Positions 35,027-47,266 of a stretch of DNA of 64,000 nt are shown here, piece after piece. Position numbers and translations under genes: made by a program. Every line of letters begins with the position of its first letter. The first letter of the stretch is position 1. The notes under the pieces are model-generated. The model was not told where the DNA came from. It ran no database searches and saw nothing but the letters and a program-made list of their open reading frames with translations. Origin of the DNA: Microthyrium microscopicum (Eukaryota); NCBI GenBank assembly GCA_010405405.1, contig MU004238.1:1623530-1687529 (forward strand). Direction: 5' to 3'.

Positions 35027-36674
35027 TTACAACTGCGACCAAAGCTTTGGCTTGCGGGTTTGTGGTCTTGCCGCTTTCTTCTCAGGCATTCGATCTTTTG
35101 ACTCCTCCAGTTTTGGTTTACTCGCCTCTCCTAGATTTTGGCTGTTTGTGTCTGCGCCATTCTCGCTTTCCCTCTGTTCCGTCTCTTCCGTTTCGGCCTT
35201 ATCTTCTCCGTTCATTTGTTCCTCTTCGTTGAATCTTTCTTTGGCTCCTTCTTCGGCGTCCATTTGTTCCTCTTCTTTGACTCCTTCTTTTGCTCCGTCT
35301 GCTGCTTTTGCTTCGTTAACCTGTTCATTACCCACTTCTTCCCTTGCTGACCTGATCTCATCCGTTTTGCCCGCAAGCCTCATATCGCCGTTAAGCCAGT
35401 GCCATGCAACCGTACGTGTCTCAGGAGACCGGCTGTGCAACTTTTTGGCACGCATGAACCGGTAGAAGGTTCCATGTCCAGAGGTTTTGAGCCATTCCCT
35501 TTGCTCTGGGGTCAACATGGGAAATCCATCTGGACCATATAGTGGTTGGGCGATATTTGCTGGCTGAGGGACATCTGCTGGTTGAGGGACATCTGCTGTT
35601 TGGGGGACATCTGCTGGTTGAGCGACATTTGCTGGTTGAGCGACGTCTGCTGGTTGAGCGACATCTGCTGGCTGAGCGACATCTGCTGGCTCAACGGCCT
35701 CTTGTGCTTCAACGACCTCTTGTGGTTCATCTACCTCTTGCGACTCAGCAACCTCTGCCGCGACTTCATCATCGATTTGCCGAGTCTCAATTCTATCGCG
35801 CAGATCCAAGGTATTAGTATCTTGATTCATGTCGTCTTGCGGTACATGAACTGAAATTGCACTGTTCTGAGCAGCACATTTTAGACCTGCGCCATCATCA
35901 GCAGCTGAAATTATCTCAAGCGAGACAATTATACGCTCACCTCGCGACCAGCATGCACTTTCAGCAGAACTTATCGTATGTGGTCTTCGCAAACACGACT
36001 TTGTCCACTTGGGACCATGTGGATATTCCAAGAGCTTCAAGATGCGCGAAATGGGTTGGTCCTTGGAAGATACTTCACCTGAAACACTCTTATCAGAGGC
36101 GCCTCCATCAGAAGCAGTTCCATCTGAGGCATCGTCGTCCGAGCCATGTTCATATAGAGCAGTCTCATCTTCACCATCTTCACCTATCGCATCTTCCACC
36201 AAATCAGCTTCCTCCATCGCAGCAACATACTCCCTCGTAACCGGATCTCTAAGGCCAAGTCCCAAGCTACCTTCCACGCACACCGGCGCGAAGTCTGGAG
36301 CCTTCGAAGCAATGATATTGAAACGTAGTGAAGGAACATGGAGAACGTTGTGTAGAACCAAAGAGTGAGATGCATTCGGCAGCCATCGGTATGGAGTCCT
36401 TTGGACTGGTATCTCCACAGTGCCAACCGCTATAACTTTGTGTTTATTAAGGTTGAAGCACTGTCTTCTAGATCCAATCAAGGTATAGGACCCTGGAGTA
36501 AACCAGTCTCTGTCATTGGTTGCACTGGACCTGTTAGTTTGGGTATTGGGGTGGAGGTGCTGGAACTAACTGGAAGTAGTCTTTGGACGAGACGACCCAA
36601 TCTGGATTCAGCGGGACTGGGAAGTCCGTCCAGTCCATTCGTTTTGGATGTCTTGTGGAGATATTATCCGACAT
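35027..36674 (-). CDS. protein with degenerate Ty1/copia protease-like (Pol beta-barrel) N-terminal domain and acidic/repeat tail
   Basis: Exon 1 (36674-36571) and intron 36570-36525 give PDWVVSSKDYFHATNDRDWF..VIAVGTVEI..LVLHNVLHVPSLRFNII. Confidence 0.6.
35543..35692 (-). repeat. 18-bp coding tandem repeat, 8 units (QPADVA/QPADVP)
   Basis: Directly visible, e.g. ACATCTGCTGGTTGAGCG repeated on the + strand. Confidence 0.95.
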
Positions 36675-37002
36675 GATGTATCTCTAAGTATCACAGGATT
36701 GATTGGAGAGGTTTGAAGCAGTCGCGAAAATCGGCCCTGTGGTATTCGGTAACCATATGGGGTAATTGTTCGTCCTTATACAAATCTGCTCAAGCTATGG
36801 TGGTGTTTGAGAGTTTTTAGCATATGTTTGTTTTGATATTCGAAGTCACAATCCCTACACGGACATTACTTAGCAAACTCTTCGGCAAATCATACTCAAG
36901 AAAGCGAATTGAGCATCACAGCGCAGTTGACACTGAATATAAAAAGTCTCATAACAAGCATTGGATTGCATTCATGATGGTATCAAACATTATAACAAAC
37001 GC

Positions 37003-39609
37003 TCATTTGTATGTCGTCTCGAATCGATCGGGCAAGTCAAGATCCCAGATCGGCCGCTCAATAATCACGACTTCCGGGAAGTGTACATCCTTCTCTGAAG
37101 AACCAGAACGCGGCAACGTGAGCGGAACAATCCCAGCAATGTCACGATACTGTCGAGACATATACCACTTGGGTGCATTCCTCGTCTCGTTTTTGTTCGT
37201 AGGCTTTGCCTGGGTAATCTCTTGATGGTTTTGTTGGAAGCCGTCGAGCATATCCACATCTTCGTCTTCCGGCTCTTCTTCACCATTCTCAGATTTTGGT
37301 TTCTCTTCTACTTGTTGTAGGACCAGACCGTGGATATCATCGTCGTACTTTGTTGAGCCAGCGCCTGTATTTTCAAAAAACTTTCGTTTAAGACTCTTCG
37401 TCGTTGGGACCAGCTCGTTTCCAGATTTGCCATCCGAATCGTCCTTGATTGTTATGTCGTGGTCAACGGAAGTGTTGAGTCCAAATAGCCACGAGGCTCC
37501 ATAAAGCCACATCCACCCGTTTGGTCCCCAGAACACACCCTTTGTGCGCTCTTTAGTGATCTTGAATGTCTCAGGCATCACCCCGTGTGGATTTCTTTTA
37601 GACCACAGAGTAAGGCCTCCGGTTTTCATATTGAATTCTTGTATTTTGTGTCTGGCGGTGATGACAAAGAGATTGTATTTGCTGTCGTCTTGCACATCTG
37701 TTTTTGCTGAGGCCCAACGAAATGTCAATGCGATGGGAAAGTCGCCTTGTAGCGGAGGGCAACGACTCGGATTGGGAATCCAGCCGAACTTGGAAGACTC
37801 TTCAGAATCGCTGTCCGAGTCCGAGTCGTTCTGTTCTTCGCTTTTTGTGGGTTCTTGGACAGGTTGATCGGGTGTTTCGGTCTCCTCTTGGAAAACCCAG
37901 CTATCTATATGCCCTCGTAAATCGCTAACAACAAGCATCTTGGAAGTGTAGGAGAAGGTCATTTGTGTGATGGTTTTCTGGTAGCCGGATAATTGATCGG
38001 CATGCTCAGGTCTTTTCGTCCGATGAAGGTTGATGTGTTTTCTGCTGCTGTTTTCTGCTAGCATGTCGAGAATTTTGATGCTATTGTCGTGTTGGACTAG
38101 AGCAAGCCATCTCTGGTCATGGGAGTATTTTGCTAGCTTCGCTCCAGATTTTGAGATTGGAGGAAGAGTGATGATGTTGAAGATCGTTTTGCCATTCTGC
38201 GTGACTTCCTCCAATTTGAAGATTTTGACTTCTGCAGAAGTTGCAACGACTAACGACTTGCCTTGAGACAGCACCGCACATGTGATGTTTTCTTCCCCTT
38301 TGATGACTATCTTAGCCACATGATGGTGTCGTTTTACAGTGTTTGGACCTTTTCTCTTCTTCTCGATTTGCCAGATGTTGATTTCTCGTTCCCACCAAGA
38401 TACAACAAGGCGCTGACCGGATGCTGAATCAAATGGGACTTGATGAGGAAGTCCAGACATTGTGTACTGATATTGTTTGCCATGTTCGCGCATGGGAGCT
38501 ATAACTAAATTTGTGTCGAGTCCTAGAACGAGTCAGTAATTTTCAATCAATAATGAGCTTGAAGGCTTGCCTCCAGATGCAATGACATTAAGGCTCTTGC
38601 TTTCGAAGGAGCTCATCGCCTTCACATCATGCTGATGATACGTCGTGTGATCAGTTTTGATCCACTTCGCGGTTGTTCCGGACCCTTTTACATATTTGGC
38701 AGTTCGACGATCCATTCCGGCACTGAAGATGGCACCAGTATCCTGACTTACAGCTAAGGTCAAAATATCTGCATCATGACTCGCTATCTTTTGGAGTTGT
38801 GAATAATGAGTTCGATCAAAGATCCGAACACCGCCAGTGGAATCGCCTGTCACTATTTCTCCTTTTGGAAGTGTTTTGATGGCCCATACCAGAATGTTCT
38901 TGGGGCCTCCTACTGGTCCAGCTCCTAGAGAGACGCTGCGGATAAAAGTTCCAGCGCTAATGTCGTAGATTCGAAAGGAGCTGTCGGCGTATCCTGCAGC
39001 CAGTTTGTTTCTAGTTACGAATGCCAGGCTGAGAACTCGAGCTTGTTTCTTGGTTGGCCGAGAAAGAACTCGCACAAACTGTAAATCGTTGTCGTTGGTT
39101 GACAGCACAGATATGCTACCATCCGCAAAACCAGCCACAAGTTTTTGTGGCCAATTCGAGTTCTCGTCATTGCGCGTGACTTTATAGGCCTGATTGTAAG
39201 GGGGTTGAGCAGCTAAGCACCATATCTCGCTGTTGTTGGCAATCCAGGATCGAAGAGGAAGGCCAGTCGAAAGATTCCACTCAGTCACAGCATTGGAGTT
39301 GCCAATGCTGAAAAGTCGCATTGGACCATCTATGCGGCGGCCTTGTTCGTCTTTTTCAGCCAGATCTTCGACCCATGCAAGACCCTCTACAGTTCGTCCC
39401 TTTCCACCTTTAAAGATGGCTTCTTGAACCCAATCTCCACCCAGAGGATTCCAAATCTCGATGTCTCCATTCGCGCGACCAAGTGCAAGACGCACTGTAT
39501 GTATTTTATTCGGACTGCTGACGAAGCCCTTGTTTGTGGACTGGGAGAATGCGAGGCAGGTAATGGCGGAGGTGGGATACTTGACGAAGCGGCAGCGGTA
39601 TACGTCCAT
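37003..39609 (-). CDS. UTP4: U3 snoRNP/SSU processome WD40 protein Utp4
   Basis: MDVYRCRFVKYPTSAI, RLALGRANGDIEIWNP, HQHDVKAM, C-terminal IERPIWDL; one intron ~38524-38570. Confidence 0.92.
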
Positions 39610-39934
39610 GGTTGCGGGGCTAAACCAAAGAAAGCTGAGTAATCATTGTTTTGGTGTGTGATCGCATGGGGAAATTTATTTGGCAAGCCTTGAAGGGGGA
39701 AGAAAAAGAGTCGCGATTTGTATTTGGTACTGGACTGGTTGAGAGAAAGGTGGGAACTGAAAGTTAGAAAAAAAATCCCAGCTTCGGCGCCAAGATTTCG
39801 AAAAAGGCCCAAGCTTCTTTAATCGATAAAGACTTTTTTCCTCCGCCCGCCTAAAACTCCGCATTTTTTTGTTGCAAGCACTTGGTCGTTCTCCATACAA
39901 CTACTTGTCGAGAAATTAAGAATCGACATTCACC

Positions 39935-42114
39935 ATGGCCATCACTACAAAAGGATCGCGGAAGCGCAAAGGTGAAATCGTGTCCTAATTCGTCCTGTTA
40001 CGAACACTAACAAGTCCCAGCCAAAACTGGCGCTGCCAAAAACTACATGACAAGAACACAGGCTGTTCGCAAACTACAGATTTCTCTTCCCGACTTCCGA
40101 AGACTGTGTATCTTCAAAGGTATATCATAGTCTGCTCGTACTGCTCAGAGAGTTTAAGTTGACATGTGCAGGCATCTACCCTCGAGAACCACGTAACAAG
40201 AAGAAGGTCAACAAGAGCGCAACTCCGGCTACAACTTTCTACTACACCAAAGACATCCAATACCTCTTCCATGAACCTCTCCTCACCAAATTTAGACAAC
40301 ACAAGTCCATAGCCAAGAAGATTGGTCGAGCCCTTGGCCGCAATGAGGTTGGCGACGCCGTTCGATTCGAGAAGAATGCGCCGCGCATGACCTTGGATCA
40401 CTTGATCAAGGAGCGATATCCAACCTTTGTTGATGCACTTCGCGACCTCGATGATGCACTGTCTATGATTTTTCTTTTCGCGAGCCTTCCTTCCACATCT
40501 CACGTTCCAGCCAAGACTATTGCGCTATGTCAACGATTATGTCTCGAGTTCCAACACTACCTCATCGTATCGCGATCGCTTCGCAAGTCGTTTCTGTCAA
40601 TTAAGGGGATATACTATCAGGCTACGATACAGGGCCAGGACATCATGTGGCTAGTTCCCTATAAGTTTGTGCAGAAAATGGCTGGAGACATTGATTTTCG
40701 AATCATGGCTACCTTCATCGAGTTCTACACTACACTGATTGGATTCATAAATTTCCGCTTGTATACACAAGTTGGCCTGGTCTATCCACCAAGATTCGAT
40801 GCGTCGAGTGACGAGAAAGGCGGTGAACTGGGGGCTTTCACACTACAAGGACGTGGCATATCTGCACCATCGAATGGAAACACAAACGCAATCACGAATG
40901 GTGACGCGGAAATGAATGTGGCATCAGCTGCAGCGCAAGCCGAGGCAGACAAGGTTGCTCTCTTAACTGAAAAAGATATGGGACAAGAGGCCAGCGAGGA
41001 TGTTGCAGAAGAGCAAGACGAAACGGCCGAGACAGCTCTGGATGTCCTCGACACATTCCAACCGGCTACTGAGCAAGATGCCGACGTACTACTTCAACCG
41101 ACCTTTTCCAGCATCGAGTCTGGCAACATATTCTCCGACTTTACTTTCTTCCTTTCCCGTGAAACCCCCAAAACCTCCCTCGAATTCCTTCTCAAAGCCT
41201 TCGGGTGTAACCGAGTCGGCTGGGACATTGTCCTCGGTGATGGCGCATTCACCAACGACGAGAAAGATCCTCGTATCACCCATCAGATCGTCGATAGACC
41301 AAGTGTAATTCCTGTTCAGAATGGCGATGCAGAAAATGAGGTGGATGACGAGGAAGCAGAGCACAAACCTGTGGGTCCACTTCGGCTACCGGGCAGAATT
41401 TATGTTCAGCCTCAATGGGTTTGGGACTGCCTCAATCAGGGAAGACTGTTGCGTCCAGATTTGTACGCTCCAGGTGCCTCGTTACCGCCGCATTTGAGTC
41501 CATGGGTCAAGCCCAAGGCTGGCACATATGACCCGACCAAGGCGTTGGAAGAGCAGGAGAAGGATGGTGAGGCTGAGATGTTTGAAGAGGATGTTCTAGA
41601 AGAGGAACAGCTAGCCATTGAAGCCAAGGACGCTTCAGATAACGGCATGGACGTAGACTCTGACGAAGATTCTGAAGATGACGAAGAAGAAGCAGAGGAC
41701 GTCAGCGATGACGATGAAGTTGCTGCTGGAGAGGGCATGCAAGTCGACGGCAGCGAGGACGAAGAAGAGGAGCAAGCTGTCCCTGCAGCAGAGGACGAGT
41801 GGGACGGCGTTTCTGGCGACGAAGGCTCTGAACTCTCCGTCGATGATGCTGAGAAACAATATCAGCGCGAACTGGAGGCCGAAGCAGCAGGACTACCAGT
41901 ACCCGCACCAGTCAAGACATCCTCGGCGAAGAAGAACAAGCTTCGCAAGGACAAGGCAGAGAAGGAAGAGATTGATCGCCAACGTATGATGATGTCGAAC
42001 AAGAAGCGCAAGCTATTCGACAGCATGCACAAGAAGAACAAGCGTGATGATGCCGAGGCTGAGAAACTTCGGTTAAAGAGACGGAAGTTGGAGAGACAGC
42101 AAAAGGCAACGTAG
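39935..42114 (+). CDS. NOP7: pescadillo / Nop7 (BRCT) ribosome biogenesis protein
   Basis: [71 protein letters not shown]; 2 introns. Confidence 0.96.
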
Positions 42115-42307
42115 AACGACATGCACGATACACTTAGTCAATAAGTTGGACTTTTCGATTGCAGTTTTTTTGAGAAGTGAACTAAAGCTATATGACTAAG
42201 TATACATACAAGTATCGATTCCGAAAGCTAATTTTCCATAACGTTCATTCATCCTCCCCCATATGGAACTCTGGGTAAAGGGGTAAGCTGCCTGGGTTGC
42301 CGGGTAG

Positions 42308-43000
42308 TTAGTAGTGCTTGGGTAGCATTGGAGCCGAGCATAAAGGCGGAGTTGGCACAGCTATGGATGAGGAATTTGGCTTGGTAGCAATCGGATCCGC
42401 AATGACCGATGACACCGAACTGTAAGTGGTAGTTGAAACCACAGGCGGCCCATTAGAAGTCGAAGGCGAAGCCTGGCTTGGGTATGGTGAAGGTGGTGGT
42501 GGATATGAGGATGGTGATGGCGGTGGAACATAGCTGCTTGGTGTACTGTACGGCGGCTTCGAAGTCGCTGTTGGATTGACCGTGTTCGTGGTGTTGGACG
42601 CTGGTGGCGGCGGCTTACCATATCCTGGAGGAGGTGGAGGAGAGTAGCTGGGTGGTGGTGGAGGAGGGTAGCCGTAGCCTGGGGGTGCAGGGACGAGTGT
42701 GAGCGTCGGCTTGGCGGAGGTTGAAAGCAACGCGCTGCCGTTGGTTATGGCGGCTGAAGTGACTGCTCCTACGGAGGTGGTGAGGATGATGGTTATGTCC
42801 ACATCGGTTGTGGTGGTAAAAGAGTCCTCTGTGGATGAAGGGAAAGGGTTGACAAAGGATGTCCCGGACACAATGTCGGTGTTGCTGACAACAGAGGATG
42901 AAGAGTTGTCCCGTTTTTCAAACTTGAGATAACCTGCATTTGGCAAGGCATCGATGGCAGAGAGCGCCGAAAGAAAGAAAACGAGGTGTTTCAACATCAT
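42308..43000 (-). CDS. secreted Pro/Ser/Tyr-rich extensin-like protein
   Basis: Signal peptide MMLKHLVFFLSALSAIDA, EKR site, YPPPPPPSYSPPPPPGY repeats. Confidence 0.65.
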   Translation of the reverse strand: MMLKHLVFFLSALSAIDALPNAGYLKFEKRDNSSSSVVSNTDIVSGTSFVNPFPSSTEDSFTTTTDVDITIILTTSVGAVTSAAITNGSALLSTSAKPTLTLVPAPPGYGYPPPPPPSYSPPPPPGYGKPPPPASNTTNTVNPTATSKPPYSTPSSYVPPPSPSSYPPPPSPYPSQASPSTSNGPPVVSTTTYSSVSSVIADPIATKPNSSSIAVPTPPLCSAPMLPKHY

Positions 43001-43449
43001 GTATGAGGCTGAGGACAAGGCTGGGTTTTTTGATCAACTACTAGTAGAGCGAGAGAAAATTGACACAAATTCGGTCTCAAGAGCCTGGATTGAATTGAAA
43101 AATGGCGATAAATCTAGAAGGCATGACGACTTTATAGAAATATACTGCCATAAATCATTCAAGTATCAGACTCGTTGGGTTACTCAATTATCACCAAAGT
43201 ATAGACTGAACCCCTTCTTGCGGGCCAGACTTGAACAAGTTCAGCATTGTCTGCAGATCTGACTCGCACCGTCAAGCAACACAATGATCTAAAATTCAAT
43301 AGAAGAGCAAAGCTCGAGCAAGTGTCTATTGACTTGCCGTCGTCAAGGATGCACAAAAACAGGCGGTGAAGAAGAGATATGCTTGTTTGGTTTGCCGTTT
43401 GGTACGGGTTCTGGTACCAGATAACTTCGGTGTTCTGGATTCATCGACA

Positions 43450-43896
43450 TGGCCAACGTATGCTCTTGAATCGGGGAGCCCGAGTGGTGGCCAACGACAT
43501 TTATCCTAGGCGACATCAAGATGATGGCTCTGGACTTTGAACCTGCAAGCCGCGACGGAATTACTAGTTCTTTACCATCTTCCATCTCCCACGAGAAGAA
43601 CAGAGAATCATGCTTTCCAAGATTAACTCCTAGCTTAAGCCTAGTGCCATGTTTGTAATGAATCTTGCAACGATGGACAAGGAAGAGATTCGTAGAGACT
43701 CGAGATAATGGGGCACGGCATATTCTACAGCAGCTTCGAAGCTAAGGAGAACAGAAACATCGTGACAGACATAGGGCTAGAACTGGTTAACACAGAGCTC
43801 CTAGAAGCTGGAGATGGCAAGCTGGAGGAGGACGATCCATATTATGGGGTCAAATTTCTTTGGCTCGCAGCAAAGAAAAAGGCGTTTGAGGACTGA
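43450..43896 (+). pseudogene. class I SAM-dependent methyltransferase remnant
   Basis: Fragments RMLLNRGARVVANDI / MMALDFEPAS / TIFHLPREEQ..SKINS*LKPSAMFV / GVKFLWLAAKK, with in-frame TAG at 43631 and frameshifts. Confidence 0.6.
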
Positions 43897-45913
43897 TATT
43901 GACTTTAGACGAGTGTTGCTGGACCATTTATAAATTAAGCGCCCCATGTTTGAATTGCTAGAAAACTTCTTCTTATGATGTACTGCAGTCGCATGGGACT
44001 CTACCACATGAATATCAAGCGATTAGATCACGAATACATAAATTTGCATGCTCGGATGCAAAATGAAGCAGAAGCAACCATCTCCGATGAGGCTTAAACA
44101 ACTTCATAACGATCCATCGACCGAAAAGAAGGTACTGGGAGAGGACGAAGTGGACAATGAAGCTTACGACAACTTAAAATAATGATTCCGATTCATTGTT
44201 CAGCAAAAGAGTTGCAGTGATGATATTTACGCCGCCGGAGACAATTTACACCAGAATCCGACGTTGCCTTCCAAATTTTTGAGCAATTTCCATATTCAAC
44301 TGAAGGAGTCGTTCCGAGGTCCGTAAGGCCTGAAAAGCATAACTCTCAAATCTATTGCATTAGTTCCGAAGAAGTGAACTGGTGAGACTAGGATGGTTTG
44401 GTACGCTGGCAGTACAAAACATAGGTGAAAATTGAAATGGTTTAGCACGCAAAGACCTGTCTGCTTCGGCTAATTACTATGAATTGAGTACAGCTTGCAA
44501 CTTGTCCCTCGGAACGCACTTGACATACTCTCTTCGGACGGTTCCGTACGGGACCTTGCAGAATCCGAATTTCACGTTGACACAACCGAGATCTTATCTT
44601 CTCCATCCCAGCTTACTTCATCATGTAACCGAGAGTAAGGCTATCGTGTTGGTGAATGGACAAGCGATTACTTCCAGTACGTTGACTCGAAATTCTTCTC
44701 GTAGCCTTGTTGCTATTCTAGTGGTGTTATACGGGTGAAGTGCTCTAGCCATATAGTTGGTGTTACAAATTTACCCAAGTACACGAGTCGTACAACATCG
44801 ACAGATCTGTAAAACATCAAGAATAGGTAAAGAGGGCGAAGCTCGAGAGATATCCTGGTAAAGGAAAGATCCCCGGGACGGATATTTCGTCTACTGACAA
44901 TCTGCTGATGCAGAGAAGTACTCCATGGATTTTATATTAACAAAACGAGGGCTACAAGAAAACTCCAGCAAGGTCAATTGATTTCCGGATGGATGTAGGA
45001 ATCAAGGAACGAAATTCATCTTACTGGTGGTCACACGCTTGACGTTGTTGTGATTATCATCAACCAGCGTGTCACAGTCTCGGCTCATTCGGTAGAACCA
45101 AATCTGTTGAAGCTGAGTGTCTAGGTGTACATACCCACATAACACCTTATACATGTCGAGAACAGCCAATAGTATCGAATGAGAAGGTTGTACCGGACCA
45201 ATATGGGATCAGACTAGCCCTTGTCCAATACTCCCCACAAGTCTCTATTATCACAGCCTGCTAACATCAATCTTTCCAGGGCTAACCAATTGGAGACTCC
45301 ATCTTTAATGAAAACACGTACGATTCGTCTCATGCACGGCCAAATTCGGCCACCACGGACCAGAATGCGAGGCACGATAGCTGCTTCCATTACTTACCAG
45401 CTCTGTTCTAGAAGGTGTCTAAGACTATTTCTTGCTACAAGGTTTCAATCCGAGAAAGCGACCGCAACCGCGACCAGCTCTTCCCTGTCATTCAGGGTCC
45501 TCTATCTCAGTTCTGCTAAAGCCCGGGGAGTTGTGTCGGAGGCTGATAATATCCCGAAAGTGCTGTCTGTTAACCACGCGCATTGTCGAAAACAATGCAA
45601 TGCTTTCGCTCCACGCGTGTAAAGTGACATGATTTACGAGATAGCCCCAGAACTAGACCGATAACTAGAACGTGACATTCCTTATATCTAATATATATTG
45701 GAAATCTGTTAATGTATCTAGTTTCAGTGGGGAAAGCCTTCCGATCATTTTAGATTGTTTACATCCTAAAGTGTGGATTTACGATAATAAAATCTAGTAG
45801 TTAAGATGTAGACTACTTGACCTTTTTTTTTATGCATTGAACGGCCTGGTGTCTTTTAGTCTATTACTACTTTCTTTGCTCGATCAGTCACTCTTTTTTG
45901 CTGGTTCGTCGTC

Positions 45914-46964
45914 ATGTCAATTCTCTCTGTTCTAGTGAGCGGGCTCGCTCTTGCTAGCAGTGTTGCAGCTGCTCCTCAACTCGCGTTTGGATCGGCCTCC
46001 GGTGTAGTAGCAGGAAAATGCACAGAGCAAAGCTGTTTGGCTGCGGATGTAAGCGGATCAACTGGCAATCTACCGACAGCTAAGCCGGTGGGTGGCTCGT
46101 AAGTTAGACTTGACATGAAATGTTGTCTCAAAGAGAGCATATGCTGACCACGAAAACCAGAGCATCCGGATGGGTCTGCGTTTCGAAATACAATCCCGCT
46201 GCAAAGGAGTCTGTTGAAAAGAATACCCCTAAGAGTAAAGGATTTGGTGGTCTCTTCGGCAAGGGCGCCTACGTTGAGTTTGAAGAGAGACCAAGTACTC
46301 TCAACGATGCAGCTGCTCTCGAGGGCCGCGTTATCCAGAAGCGTCAACTGCTAGGTGGTCTTTTCGGCGACGGAGCACAGAAATATACTGCTAGATGTAC
46401 ACCCAACATCCTTCTTTTCGCCAAAGGAACTCTTGAGACTGGAGAGCTCGGTATCACAGTCGGCCCAGCATTGAAGGCTGCTTTGGCCTTGTCTGGAGGA
46501 AGCTCATGGACTATGCAAGGTGTGAGCTACACAGCTACTATGGACAACGACTACTGCGTTGGCCTTCCCGGTGGAATGATTGCAAAAGGGTTGCTTGAGT
46601 CTGCGGCTGAGAAATGCCCCGAGGCCAAGATCTTTACCTCCGGCTACTCCCAAGGTGCTATGGTCGCTCGTATTGCTGTGGCTTATGCCAACGAAACCGC
46701 AAGGAAACAAGTCAAGGTATGCATATGGTAACATGACGTGGAGAAGAAAGGCTAATTTCTGATAAGGGAATCCTCGTCTATGGAGATCCATTCAACGGCG
46801 CCAAAGTCAAGGGTTGGGATGGACCTATCAAGACATTCTGTCGTGAATCCGACGCTGTCTGCACTGGTGCATTCAAGATCGGTACTGCTCACTTGTCTTA
46901 TTCTCTAAGCAGCGATGTCACCAATGGGTTGGCATGGCTCATTAAGACCGCGAAGGCCTCTTGA
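45914..46964 (+). CDS. secreted cutinase-family (CE5) protein with N-terminal extension
   Basis: Signal peptide; LLFAKGT, GYSQG, YGDP, DAVC, AHLSY; 2 introns. Confidence 0.88.
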
Positions 46965-47266
46965 ATAATTGAGACACTAGAGAGGGCTGTATCGTAAATG
47001 ACGAAAAGTAGAACTAGCATTAATACCAAGCGAGCACTTTTAGAATCTACATCTCAGGAAATCACACCCTTTTATCAAGGTTCAGATGATGTCGTTGTAG
47101 GTACTAGATCCTAAGAATATTTTGCTACCTGGAATACTCTACCATTTGGCATATACTACCAAAATGGTAAAGAAAGAAAGAACGCCATGGCCATCGAGGC
47201 AGACTGATTGCCAAACGCCGCGCTACAATTGGACCGGGATATAGAGCAAGAAAGAAAATGAACGCG

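Noticed and set aside
35546..35854. Cys/Trp-rich ORF (DICWLS repeats) resembling a peptide precursor
   Set aside because: Antisense reading of the 18-bp QPADVA repeat; no signal peptide or processing sites.
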